In this document: positions 12,848 through 25,120 of the stretch, in pieces
Position numbering within the stretch: the first letter of the stretch is position 1
How the letters are laid out: every line of letters begins with the position of its first letter
Assembly (NCBI GenBank): GCA_013239625.1
Contig: MU053574.1
Location: 681,844-728,769, forward strand
Reading direction: 5' to 3'
DNA from: Lama guanicoe
Taxonomy: Eukaryota
DNA length: 46,926 nucleotides
Notes under the pieces: generated by a model
The model's database searches: none
Told to the model about the DNA's origin: nothing
The model's input: only the letters and a program-made list of their open reading frames with translations
Position numbers and translations under genes: made by a program

Positions 12848-12935
12848 ATTCCTGGCAAGTTTGCAGAGATTGAATGTCACCATCACACGAGCCAAGTACA
12901 GCCTTTTCATCCTCGGACATTTGAGGACCCTGATG
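12848..12935 (+). CDS. SETX: Senataxin exon FLASLQRLNVTITRAKYSLFILGHLRTLM (motif VI RLNVTITRAK)
   Basis: ttccctAG acceptor, GTACGT donor, 88 nt. Confidence 0.97.
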
Positions 12936-13641
12936 GTACGTACGTCCTGGAGGCCCAGGGATCTCGAAAGTGTGCCCGTCACTACTGATACTGGGTTGAG
13001 GTTTTGTTTTTATTTTTCATCCAAATGGAAGTGATTTCAGGGTTACAAACAGAATGAGCCTCTTCCCGCTGGTGGTTCCGTCCTCCAGCAGCTGCTTCCT
13101 GCAGCTGAGCCGCTCACCCTTTCTCAGCCCGCAGCCCACGGGCCCACAGCAGGCTGTCCAGATGACCTTCAAAAAATTGTATCTACAGTATAGGGTTGTC
13201 ACGGTATGTAAGTTCCTACGCGGTAAGTGCTAGAAGACTGGTTAGCGCTTAGTGGGCACTCGGCAAACGCGGCTGTTCGCCCAGCTTGATGCCAGAGAGA
13301 GGGCTTTGCGGGAGAAGGCATGGATCTTCACTTCTGTCTGGCACCTAGAGCGGCGCCGCTTGCTCTGTTCCCCCTGAGAGGTGATGGCATCGGAGCCCCC
13401 CCATGGGTGCAGCCGCTCCTGTGGCCGGGGCTGCGTCTTCAGTGGGCAGGCGGCACAGCTTGGTGACGGCATAGCTGGAGAGAGCCTGTGTGTGCTGCTG
13501 GTCTCACTGGAGGGGATAACTCAGTTTTTCTGGTTCTCTATTTAACAGTGATTGGTTTATCTTGGGAGACTTTTCCCCCTATTCTGGTTAGTTCCACCAG
13601 AGGGCATTCAAATACAGTCTTTCTCATTCACCTGCTCTGTA

Positions 13642-14340
13642 GGTCTGTGGTCTTCAACTTTTGTTGTTCGTGTAACCTCTTGAAAGATTCTCTGAAAGCC
13701 ATATATACCCTGTTTTTAAGTTGACATTGAAAAATTTTTATTATAAACTTAAGTATTGATAAAGATGTTGTTCCTAATATAAATAGACATTTTAAAATAA
13801 AGTTATGAAAAATAAATTTATCACATCACTCTTAAATGTATCCAGTGGAGCAGAGAGCAGTATTCTTTCTGCTCTTTAAAATTGAATTACTGTTTACACT
13901 GTTCAGGATAATATTCAGTGGATAATTAATATGTTTTTATAATTAAAAGCTTTTTTGTTAATATCATTATTACATTTCTCTACCACAAATATTTACATAT
14001 AAATTGGAAGTTTAAAACATTGTTTTTCATAACTATTTGGAGAAATTGCATAAAGGATGCATGGAACCTTTGTACTTTTTTTGTAACTTCCTGTGAATCC
14101 TGAGTGTTAAAAAAAAATCTTCTCAGTTGAATAATCTATGAACAGTCATTATTTTTGCACAGATGAATTTTGATAATGTTCAAACCTGAAAAGTAAAATG
14201 TTATTAGTGCTGTATCTCTTAATGATGCCCTGATAACAGGAGCCTTCATGGGCACCCCTGGTTTCACTGCCCCCTTTATTTGACACCCAGGAGATTTCAC
14301 ATGCCCCAGCGGTGCACCCCGTGGTCAGATTTGGGATGGC
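13642..14340. mobile_element. Old hAT-Charlie-like DNA transposon relic with a nested L1M 3'-end fragment (about 14035-14117)
   Basis: ctgtggtcttcaactttt terminal-like motif, AT-rich interior; by eye only. Confidence 0.3.
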
Positions 14341-15621
14341 TAAGAGTTGTTGGGATTGTGAAGGGTGGAGCAGAAGGGCAGGAAGGTCCCAGGGGGATGT
14401 AGGAAATGGGTTGGGAAGCTGATTCTCACAAAACGTTCTCACATCCCTGAGAAAGCCTTTGTGAGCCCCAGAGTCTCACCTGCACAGATCTGAAGACCGC
14501 TGACCTCTGGCTGCAGCACAGACTCGTCTTCACTCTAGGAAGCCAGTGCTACCGAAAGAGACAGAGTAGAATGGACAACTCCCAACGTACCACTTGGGCT
14601 TTCCAGTCCAACTTAACGTTTGTTGTCCCTGGGCCTTCCCCCTGTTTTTTGGTTCTCCAGCCCAGTTTCCATTATGGAAATAGAGTCAGTGATTAAGGCA
14701 CCTGGTTTCCGCTGAGAAACCAGGACTAACGGCCCTTTCTCAGGTTGTCCCTGTGATCTTAGGGTCGGACTAACAGCAAGTTTAGTGCAGTAGTCGCTTC
14801 CAAACTAGCAGCAAGGCCATCAGCTTTACACCTGTGGTCCAGCCACCGGATAGGACCTGGGAGTCCTGCAGGAGAAGGAGCCCGAGCCCAGAGCCTGGTG
14901 GCGCCTCCGTGTGCCTGTCAAGTGTGTGCGGTCACAGTGCTGCATGCTGTGTTTCCACAGCTCCCTTTAAACCTTACAAAGACCCTATGAGGTCATCATT
15001 GCTGCCCTAGTTTAACACATCCAAGAAGCCATTAGCTGTAGTATGCACTGTTATTTTATGTACTGCTATTTACCTATGATAGTTTATTTTCACTTAGAAT
15101 TTTTCTCTTGCATGTATTGGAAGAACTCTTTTAGACTTGTTTAGACAGGTGTTTATCATGCCAGTCTTGTTCATACCTAGGGATACAAACAAAACAAGCA
15201 GGTTAAGCTATTCCTAACGATATTTCCCCTTTAGAATCTAACACTCCTTACTCGTTTTCCCGTCCCTGGTCACACGTGTCCTTGTTCACACACATCCCAG
15301 TCCCCTGGGCAGTCAGAAGTGTTTCCTAAGAGTGCCCCACTGTGGTCTCGGGGGCTCTCTTCCAGCCTCTGATCTCCATTCCCCAAGTTTTAATGCTAGC
15401 ACTTCCTTGTCTTATCAGAAGATGTCTGTGGAAAGGTTTTTAGGCAAGAGCCAAGACTCATTCTATTTTAAAATGGTTTATTGACTAAAAGTCAAAGGGT
15501 TGTAGTTACCTACCCGTGAATTCCTCCAGGAATGGAAACTGCTGCATGGCCTAGAGGCACTGCAAATCCAGAAATGACAAAATATGAAAACAGCATGCAT
15601 TTTGGATTCAATTAAGTAAAA

Positions 15622-15700
15622 TATTATTCCTATTTTACAGATGAAGAAACAGGCTCAGAGAGGTCAGGTGACTTGACCAAAGTCACACAGCAAGTAAATG
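15622..15700 (-). mobile_element. MIR SINE core
   Basis: cctattttacagatgaagaaacaggctcagagaggtcaggtgacttgaccaaagtcacacagc. Confidence 0.85.
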
Positions 15701-16126
15701 CTATGTATGCTGCCTCACTGCTGTACCCTCACCCACCTTTACGAATAGTGCAAGAGCCCACCTGAGGGTAGCTGTCCATTCTTCTCTTTCCTTCAGTTGT
15801 CATCTTTTTTTGTCCCCTATGCATACTTTTTTCTTTCTAAAAAGGCCAAATTCTGATTACCGTGTAACATGAGTAACAGTGGTCAAAACGGAGAAAGCTT
15901 GTTCTTAGAGGGGGCGCCCAGGGTTCTTTTCTAGCAAAGTGGCTTTATCAGTCTTATTTGATCTTGCTTTTCCGTTCAGCCGTGTCTCACCAGTAATGGA
16001 TTCTTGAGAATTTGTTCATGAAAGTGTACTCATGTTTATTCAGAAATGAAAGCTTGAACCTCTGCTTCCCACGCATGGGAGTGGTTCTTTGGGGTGTAAT
16101 TGTTTCCCCCTTCTCTTTGTTTCAAG

Positions 16127-16870
16127 GAAAATCAGCATTGGAATCACCTGATTCAGGATGCGCAGAAGCGGGGTGCCATTATTAAGACTTGCGACAAAAA
16201 CTATAGACATGATGCAATGAAGATCCTGAAACTCAAGCCCATGCTGCAGAGAAGTCTGACTCACCCTCCTGCCGTCTCCCCAGAGGCATCCAGACCCCAG
16301 GGTGGCTTGCCCAGCAGCAAGCTAGACAGTGAGTTTGCCAAGACATCTTTTACTTCTTCTGTATACCTCTCACCCTCTGACTCCAAAGAAGCCACTGTTA
16401 CTGAAAAGGACCCTGAAAGGCCATCTATTCAGGACCGGCTTCGGGACCCACGACTGCTGAGGCGGTTTGGCTTGATCCCTGAAGCCAAAGAGCAGTGTCT
16501 CTGGGAGCCGCAGCCCCCCAGCCCCCAGCCTCCTGGAGCAGCGCCTCCCTCAGGAGAGCCGGGCTCCCCTGGCAGCCACCAGGGTCCGGCTGGTACGGGG
16601 CAGCAGTCCGCCGCCAAAGGGGCCGCTCCGAGCAACCACAGACCTCACGCGCAGTGCGACCCTCCAGCTGCTAGTGCTGACGCTCCCACGAGTAAAAGAA
16701 AATGTGACCAGGAAGAGGGGCTCAGCCACAGAAGAGAGACCAGGGCTTTCAGTGAAGGGGATCAAGAGAGGTGTGGCTCTGGGAGCCATCATCCAAAGAG
16801 GAACTCGGGCTTGGATGAGAGGGGACTGGAGAAGGAGGACAGTAGCTTGAAGAGGAGGAGGCTGCTGTAG
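16127..16870 (+). CDS. SETX: Senataxin terminal coding exon ENQHWNHLIQDAQKRG...SSLKRRRLL*; low-complexity tail ending in a basic NLS-like motif
   Basis: tctttgtttcaAG acceptor, 744 nt open frame ending TAG followed by TAA. Confidence 0.96.
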   Translation, partial: ENQHWNHLIQDAQKRGAIIKTCDKNYRHDAMKILKLKPMLQRSLTHPPAVSPEASRPQGGLPSSKLDSEFAKTSFTSSVYLSPSDSKEATVTEKDPERPSIQDRLRDPRLLRRFGLIPEAKEQCLWEPQPPSPQPPGAAPPSGEPGSPGSHQGPAGTGQQSAAKGAAPSNHRPHAQCDPPAASADAPTSKRKCDQEEGLSHRRETRAFSEGDQERCGSGSHHPKRNSGLDERGLEKEDSSLKRRRLL

Positions 16871-19300
16871 TAAAGCCAGATGACGGGGACTGCAGCCACG
16901 AGTGTTGCTGCTAATGGGGCTGTCCAGTTCCGATGCTTTTTTTCCCTTAAAGGAGTTTGTGTGCTGTTGGAAAACATGGAGAACGTGCCCTAACACGTGT
17001 GCCTCTTGGTCATCTCCAGTGCTTTATGTCAGTTGCAGAAGTTTTCAGAGGGCGTTTGTGTATCGGTAATAATGTCCTTGAAGTCGGAGACTTGAAGCGT
17101 TGATCTCTTGTTCTTCCATAGAAAAAGGAGGTCAGACTGGAGTGAATGTTGTAAAAGTTGAAATGTATATTTGTATAGCAAATAACAAAAATCCTTTTAA
17201 AATTTAATCTGGTAGACCGCTTTTCTTTCCCCTGCTTAAAATGTTAATCATTTTCAACAGAACAAGCCTTATATTTAAAAAAGAAAAAAGATAGGAGGGC
17301 AGGTTCTTTCAACCATTGTTGTGGCAAAACATCTCTTTAACAGCCCGAGTAGTTTGGAGCGAGCTGAGTTAGTGCCAATGGGTCACGTGTCTCTAGTTCT
17401 ACTTTTAAAAAAACCTGGAGTCTCCTGGGGGAGCCTTGGAGGGGCAAAGTTACGTTAGGTGAAGTCCCACGGGTGTCCATTTTCAGACGAGGCGCCTTGG
17501 CACAGGATATTACATTTCTGTGATGAGGTCAGCTGCTCGTTTTAGTAAGCATATAGTTCTCCAGCTAACATTAGTGTTCTTTTGGAATAGAAATGAAAGA
17601 ATAATTCTTGAAATATCATTCAAATGCCCCCAACATATTGTGAGTTTCCTGTAACTAGTGGATTACAAAGCCAGTGGGTGCCAAGTGCTGGATTGGTGCT
17701 GGGTGTCTCTGTAAGAACCAGCTCAGGTGGCTTGTGAGAACTTGCTGATTGCCGAGAGAACCCACCGAATTAGTTTTGGGTGGAGCCTTGAAAGCTGGAT
17801 GTTAAACATCTTCCCAAGGATTCTGGTCACCAGGCAGCTTGGGAACCAGGAAGACAGGCCAGATGTAATATTTTATGCAGGAGAGAAACATCCTTTTAGA
17901 AGAGAAGGATGAAAGAGGAGGGCAGATACCTGGAGTTCAGAACCAGGAGGAGAGTTGACAGATTTTCTTTGATTTTTGGAAACCATCTTAATTGATGAAA
18001 ATACACTGCTGTTGTAGACTCTGGTTAAAGGGGATTGTACTTCTGCAACAGGATAGTGGCCGTGATGAGTAGGGATTTAGAAGACTTGGACAAGGGCAGG
18101 GCTGCCTCATTGCTAAGTCCAGTTTTCCAAGCACACACATGATGAATTGGAAGCCTCCCAGGCACGAGGATGTGCGTTAGTAAGGGGACAGCTGTCAGAA
18201 CTAGTGCTTTGCAGTGAGTGCTTCCCAACCCTGAGCTCATCTGGGGAGGAAACCAAATCCCTAAAAATGTGCACTATTTGAAACATTTCTGTCACCTGCT
18301 TTATAAGCAAAAAGGGCTTGTGTTAATCAGAAATTCAGGCTCAGGCGGTCTCCTCTGTCGTGACACCAGCCCCTCCCCCTGGGAGTGAACACCCCTGTCA
18401 CCTGGGGAGCCCGCGTTCTGTCCCCACAGGCAGCCCCTGCTCCGTGTTCATGGGCCTGGAGCTCGTCCTTGGCCGTTCTGGGGCGAGGGGAGCCCCACTC
18501 TGAGTCAAGGACTTCCATAAGCTTCCTGCTTGGCCTTTGGCGAGAAATCTCATTGTTACCCTAAGTTTACTTCCCTGCTGTCTTGGTAAAATGCTTGATT
18601 TAGCAGATACTTGTAGTGGTGACAATTTATACACTGAGTAAAAACGGTAAACTTGTTGACAAGCAGCTGGGGTCAAGACTGCTCCCCTTGCTCGTACGAC
18701 ACACGGATTAAGACATGCGTCCCCCCCTCGCCCGTCCCCGTGCGTACTTGGCCGCCACATCTGAACGACATCGCGTCCAGTTAAGTTTGATTCCTGTTCT
18801 CACCCACTGGTTTCCCGCTCACCTCCTGGGATGACGCGGAAATCAGTAGACGGTGTAATCCCTTCTAGTGCGCACGCCCGGGTCCTGACACTGCAGCTGA
18901 AACTGTCTGTGGTTCCAGTCAGGATGCGTCCGTGCATTAAGTGTTCCGCGTGCCCAGCGTGGCCCGCCTGCACGTGGCTGTCCCGGCCGTGCTGTTGGCT
19001 GGCGGTTCATCTCACTGCAGGTGAAAAACACGGCCGATGGTTTCATCCTCGCCGTGGCGTTATAAGAAAAGTGCCCTGTGTTCTTTCAAAATGAGTTCGT
19101 TCAACATGAATGTATGCTACTTAATAACTTGTTTTGCTTCTCTGTATATAATTTGCCTTGGGTTTACTGTGCACGACTTACTTAGTTCTGTTTTCATGTG
19201 TTACCAGGAGAGCAAATCTGCTAAGTACGTGTGAATAGCCTCCTGTAAATGAGTTTTATAACAAAGTTGTACTAAACTATTTTCTGAAGTTAGTTGTGCA
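16871..19300 (+). other. SETX: SETX 3' UTR (end approximate)
   Basis: Follows the stop codon; I saw no AATAAA until 20209; variant ACTAAA at 19271-19276 is followed by a U/GU-rich tract. Confidence 0.5.
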
Positions 19301-20511
19301 GATGGGTACTTTTTTGCTGTAGCTTTGACTCTCTCTGTGCTCTGAGTTCCTAGCCAGGACTTGGCAAACAAATCCGGTTGTCTTTGTTAAAACCTTAATT
19401 TTAAGAGAAAATAGCGGAATTAAAAGTGGAAACAAGAAATCTGACATGGGTTAGGAGTTATATATTATTAAATGGAGGTTCAAGATACTTCCCAGATAAT
19501 CCGTTTAGTCTGCCATTTGATTTGTTTCATGCTGAAAGTATTTGGTGGGGATTTGTTTTATTCAGGTTTCTTATCCAACCTGCATCCCCAACTCCCTTTG
19601 CTTCTCAAGCTCTCTTTGGAATCTTACCCATAAGGTTCTGAGGTACTTTGTGGCCAGCTGTGATGTCTGTTACACGTTGAAGTTTGGTCCAACAGAAATG
19701 CATGCTCACCTTTAAGGCTGAGATTGGAGTGGGGGTGAGAGAGGAGGGAGGAATGAACAGTGACCCCCGAAGCGCACTCCCGGGGACACTGATGGAGGCG
19801 CAGTACCGCATAGATGGCCAAGTCAGGGGTAATTGCTGAGGGTTACAGAAGTAGAACGCGTTTCATAAAAGCAGTAACTTCGGGGAGCAGAGTCAGACCT
19901 GGCCCCGCTGCCTCTTGGAAGGTGCTTGCCCTCGGCCCCCGTGTCCCACGCCAGCAGGACGTGTGCACACACAGCCTCACGGGGGCGCCTGCTCTTTCCG
20001 GTGAATGCAGACTGCCCGTGAGGGCAAAATGGGAGTTAACGGGGCATCAGTTTGCCAGACGACCTGATGAGGGATGAGTGCTCCGGGACCTCCATTTCAT
20101 TTGTGGACTTCATTACTGCAGCAGCTGTAGCAATGATTTTTAAAGTCGCTCCTGGCCAACACACGCAATCGCCACCACCTCCTGGGTTTCGCCATTCATT
20201 GTTTGAGGAATAAATAATTCAGGGAGGAAACTAAAATTTAGCATCAGCTTAAATAGAATTTACAGTGTTGTGCAGCACCATTAAGGCAGTTTCTGTACGC
20301 AGTGGGTCCCTCCATAACTCTTAAGAGGACCTGAGTTATTGTCACCCTGTCCTGTACAGAAGGCATGTGCCAAGTCAAATGGCGTAAATGGTGCCCAGAG
20401 ATGGACGGTGCTTGGAGCCACGGGAGCAGGCTTGGTGCCGGCGCTCCTCGCCGCTCAGGCTCAGCTGACACTGTCACTTGTGTTCTGAAGCAGCCTTGCT
20501 ACAAATAGAAT

Positions 20512-20700
20512 TCATAGTTTTCAACCTGAATGGTGCACTTTGGAGTCACCTGGGGAACTTTGGAAAAATTGCCACTCCTGGGCGCTACCCTAGAATTTCT
20601 GATTTAATGGATCTGGGCAAGTACTTGGCTGCCTTTTTAAAACTTATACTTAAGCTTAAATGCTCTCTTAAGTGATTCTGTTGGGCAGCCAGCCTTGAGG
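20512..20700. mobile_element. MER5-like hAT-Charlie element
   Basis: tttcaacctg...ggagtcacctggggaactt...gaatttctgatttaatggatctggg...gtgattctg...gcagccagccttgag. Confidence 0.65.
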
Positions 20701-21265
20701 CAAGGCCCCTAAGGGTCAGGAGGAAAGAGGAGCAGCCCTGGGGCTCATCGGGGTTGCATCTGTTGTCCTCAGTACCTTGTCTGCTGCAGGCGCCTTGGAC
20801 AGGGTGAGGCCTGCCACCAGAAGCCATGTGGGCGTCTGTGTTTTTGTTCAGGAAGGGGTTCCCGAGGGCAGAGCAGCGGGGCTGGGCAGGAGAGCTGGAA
20901 ACAGCGCTAGTGACTCCTGATGGCGGCAGTGGGGACAAGGAGGCAGAGGGCTGCCTGTGGAGTCTAAGAAGATCAAAAGTGAATCAGGACACGCAGGACC
21001 TCATGCCGGGCTGGCCACGGAGCCATGGAAACAGGGCCGGGCAGGGAGTCGGCGTCCACGGGAACGAGGCGGGGGGTCAGCCTTTGCTCTGCCTTTGCCC
21101 TGTGCTGTGGACAATACACAGCCTCTGGGGGCTTCACTTTCTTTACCCAGAAACCATAGTTGGAATTTGAGTTCTCTGCTGGTTCTTTTCCCCAGTTAGT
21201 TCTAAAATTTCAGACCAATCCCTGAAGTTCTGGAGAGGAAGAGGCTAAAAATCATGGTGGATTTC

Positions 21266-21460
21266 TGTCTTAGCCTGTGTGAGCTGCTGTAACACAACCT
21301 CAGAGGCTGGGTGGCTTAGAAACAGCAATTTATTTCTCACAGGTTCGGAGGCTGGAAGTCCACGATCGTGGCTCTGGCCGAGTCGGCGTCTCCCCACTGT
21401 CCCCTCACGTGGTGGAAGGGGCGAGGGAGCTTTCTTGGGCTCCAGCTCTTTCACGTGCAT
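21266..21460. mobile_element. MaLR LTR fragment (MLT1-like)
   Basis: tgtcttagcc...gctgctgtaaca...ctgggtggcttagaaacagcaatttatttctcacaggttcggaggctggaagtcc. Confidence 0.8.
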
Positions 21461-21734
21461 CTCCCTTTCCTGCCTGCCTGCCTGGCACTTCAGGCTTCAG
21501 CATCAGACGTGCAGATGTCTGATTAACCGCTCCCACAGCTGTGTAAACCCAAGTCCTTGCGGCCGGTACCTTATTTTTTTATATAGTGGTTCTGCTTCTT
21601 TAATTGAACCCTCCCAGACATGGAATATACTGTTCCCTCTGCGTGGTCACGTACCTAGGGAGCCCCTCCTACGGTGAATAGGGCTGGCCTGTGTACCCAG
21701 TTGGATGTCAGAGGAATGATGATGTGCGACCAGA

Positions 21735-22010
21735 TCACTTGTTCTGGGCGAGGCCGGCCACCATGCTGTGAAGACACTCAAGGATCTCTGTGGGGCAAGG
21801 TCCCCGCAGGGAGAAGCTGAGACCTCCTGCCAACAGCCGGCCACACCAACGTGGGCAGTGAGTGCGCCGTCTTGGAAGTGGGTCCTCCAGCCCCGATCAA
21901 GCCTCCGATGGTGCAGCCCCAGCCGACGCCTTCACTGCAACCCTTAGAGAATCCCAGAATCAGAACCGTTGAGCTAAGCTGCGTTGGAAGTCCTGACCCA
22001 CGGAACCCAG
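21735..22010. mobile_element. MaLR LTR fragment (MLT1F-like), opposite orientation to the previous one
   Basis: ccatgctgtgaag...cttggaagtgggtcctccagcccc...gcagccccagccgac...gctaagctgc...tcctgacccacggaa. Confidence 0.7.
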
Positions 22011-24830
22011 GTGAACTAAACGGTAGGGGCCCCGGACCCCCGCCCCCAGTCAGTGGTTTTCAGCCAGGCGGAGTGAGATCCCGAGAGGGCTTACAGAGCG
22101 TCGTCCTGTGCACAGTAAGCGGACAGCCCGGCCTGGGGAGGCAGAGAAGGCTGGGAGCTTGAGGGTGGCCTAGAAGTTGGCATTCCAGAAGCCTCGATGC
22201 AGAGCATGATGAAGTCAGGGGCTGGCGGTGAGCCTGAGGGACTGGCAGGGGAGGGCCAGGTCCAGGGGTCCTGTTAGGCTGCGAGCGGTCAGGTCTCGCC
22301 CTAGAGACGATTGGGAGGCCCTCAAGGTTTTCAAGGGAGAGGGAGGGGAGGCTGAGACTAGAAGCAGGAGCCGTCCTGGGGGCTGAGGTCACAGCCACAA
22401 GTACAGCTGATGAGTCCGCACTGCTGGGACTTGAGAAGCGGCCGTCGAGCCCCTGGGCTCCCCCGATTCTGAGCTCCTCAGCTCCACGCTCTCGGAGCCC
22501 ACAGCTTCCATCACAGAGCTTGGCCCAGAATCACCCAGACACGCGGTTGGGCAAGGAGCCCGCAGACGGTGCCCGCATTTGCCCCGTCTTGGTGGGGAAT
22601 GTTGTGAAAGTTTCTATTACATTTACAGTTCCTTGGGTTCTGTGATCATGTTAGATTCTTATAGCAACAAATAAAGCAAAAACTAACTTTCCTAGGTCTT
22701 CAGTCTACACATCTGACATCGAAGAACTCTGCGCTGTAGCAGAATTCTGCTCAACCAGGCTTCCCTCTAGAAGCAGCAGCAAGAGAAGAGAGATTTTCAA
22801 GTAACAACAGGGGTTCCCCACACACTGTCACCGTTCAGGCCACGGGGACATCTCATCCTGGTTCCTCTGATCAGAGGGATGGGCTTTCTGTGAGGATTTG
22901 GGGAATTCACAGCAGGTAGTCATGCAGCTCCGATTGGGTCAGACCTTGGAGTAGGGATGGGAGCAAAAACAGCAAACCCCTGAGGACAAGCAGGGGCCAC
23001 CCCGCAGTCCCCGCTCACGGGGACCTCCCTTCCAGCCCCCCAGTACTCTGCGAAACGTTGCTGCATCTTCCTTTATCAAATACCCCCTGGGTCACTGATC
23101 AAGTACCTGATCAGGTCCTGAAATAGTTGGTTCTGATCTCTTTCAGCCTGTGCCGTGAAAAGAAAGGTGTGCGGACGTCAGGCTTCCTTTTTAAAGTGCG
23201 TTTGTAAATTAAATCTTCAACTTTTTTTGCAAACCCTTCAAAGGCCACCTCTTCTGGGGTTTAAACCGCTCGAGTAAATCTAAGTCATGAAACTCATAAA
23301 CACAGTGAGTCTCAAGTTCTTTTTAAAATCCCATTTAGTAAATTGCCCTTAAACTTTTCCATCGAATCCTAAACGGAGTTCTTCAGTAGGTTTCAAATTG
23401 AAACAGAACTCACCTGGCAGATGAATAGCCAAATTCTCTTGAATGTTAGAAACCCCTTAACTATCCGGTACACTGTATGTAACAAATATAATTTGATACA
23501 AAAGCATTAGAACCAGGGTTTTAAGTTACTACATCATCTCAAGTTTAATTTTTAATCTCCCCAAAGTTAGGAAGAAGCCAGTGATGGAAGTTTTTCTCTT
23601 TCCGACTGAATGAAGGTTCACATCACAAGCAAGTCGAAACAGATCTGTGACCTCGGGATGGGCTATGTCCAAAGTGACGCTCAGACCACGGACTGGCCCA
23701 GACCCAGCTCTTATCACTTTTGTAAAATAGATTCTATCCATCAGTGTGTGTACAAGACCGATGTAAAATGAAAGACTGATAATAACCCACTGTGTACCCA
23801 CAGCCCCAGTTTGAGAATTAGGACACGGCTGATGCCGGGGAAGACCACCCCCAGCTGCTTCCGGCTCCCCTCCCTCCCTCTTCCACCTGGTTGTAACTGC
23901 CGTCCTGAAGTCTACGGTTTCTGAAAAGTTTCCTTGTTTATAATCCACTCCAGAATTATCTTTACTTAATTTTGAACTTTCTGTAGACACATCTGTTGGT
24001 GGGTATTCTGTGACACTTCCTTCCTCATCCTTACGTTCCCGAGACACTGCCAGCTGTCACCCACTCCTTTTGGGTGGAGTATCATGTTCCATTTTCAAGA
24101 ATATGCCACAGTCTGTCCATTCTAGTCTGAGGGACTTCAGGGTTGTCACTTTTTTTCCCATCACGTACCTCTGGTGCACAAGCCAAAGGGTTTTCCCAGG
24201 CAGTGCTCAGATCTTTGTCACACAGGGACACAGAGGACAGGAAGGCACTCCATGGACTTAACGACTGTGACGTCAGGACGTGGTGCCCATTCCCCGGTAA
24301 CTGAGCGTGAGCACCGCACGCCAGGTGGGCCTGCCAGGGGCCACAAGTGTGACTGGAGCCTGGCCCTCGGTCTGCACTGTAATCTCCACATCCCACCAGA
24401 AGCCCCCTTGATCCCAGGGGCAAGCCCTTGAAGGTTCCATTCTTGGCAACTGGACACCCTGTGTCCTGCAATCTACTCTCAGGTGATCTCGGGGTACCGT
24501 GACCCATCCTGCGGTGCTGGTGATGGCGTGACTTCCCGGCACGGTCTTTTACGACCAACACCAGGGGGTGGTTAGTGACGGCTCCTCCCTAGGGCAGAAG
24601 GACAGACCCAGATACAAGCAGGTCCTGGCTGGTGGGAAGTGCGCGTGGGTCGTGGGGAGGGGGGAGTTACAGTTTTGTTCTATGTAGGTGTATGTATGTG
24701 CGTATATGTGTAAATGTCTGTACATACGTGTCTGTATATAGACAGGCAGACACACATACTGGTTTTTTTTAAATAGGAAAAATGTAAAAAGACATTCACC
24801 AAAATATGAATAGGGGTTATATAGGTTTTT

Positions 24831-25120
24831 TTTAATAGACTTTATTTTTTAGAGCAGTTTTAGATTCTTAGCAATATTGAGCAGAAGGTACAGACGTTTC
24901 CCATATACCCCTCCCCCCATCCCCACCCGGCAGTGCCTGTTACAATCCATGAGCCCACACCGGCGCGTCAGCATCGCCCCGAGTCCACAGCTGACATTAG
25001 GACTCGCTCGGGGTTGTGCACGCCGTGGGGTTTGACAAACGTGTCATGACGTGTATCCGCCCTCAAAGCATCACAGAGTATTTTCACTTCCCTGAAGGCC
25101 CTCTGCGCTCCACCTATTCT
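24831..25120 (-). mobile_element. L1MC-like 3'-end fragment
   Basis: tttaatagactttattttttagagcagttttagattc...gagcagaaggtacagacgtttcccatatacccc. Confidence 0.8.

Noticed and set aside
16429..16996. Antisense ORFs over the SETX last exon
   Set aside because: Shadow frames of a GC-rich coding exon
23529..24047. 172-aa minus-strand intergenic ORF
   Set aside because: No recognisable domain, non-ATG start, no supporting exon structure
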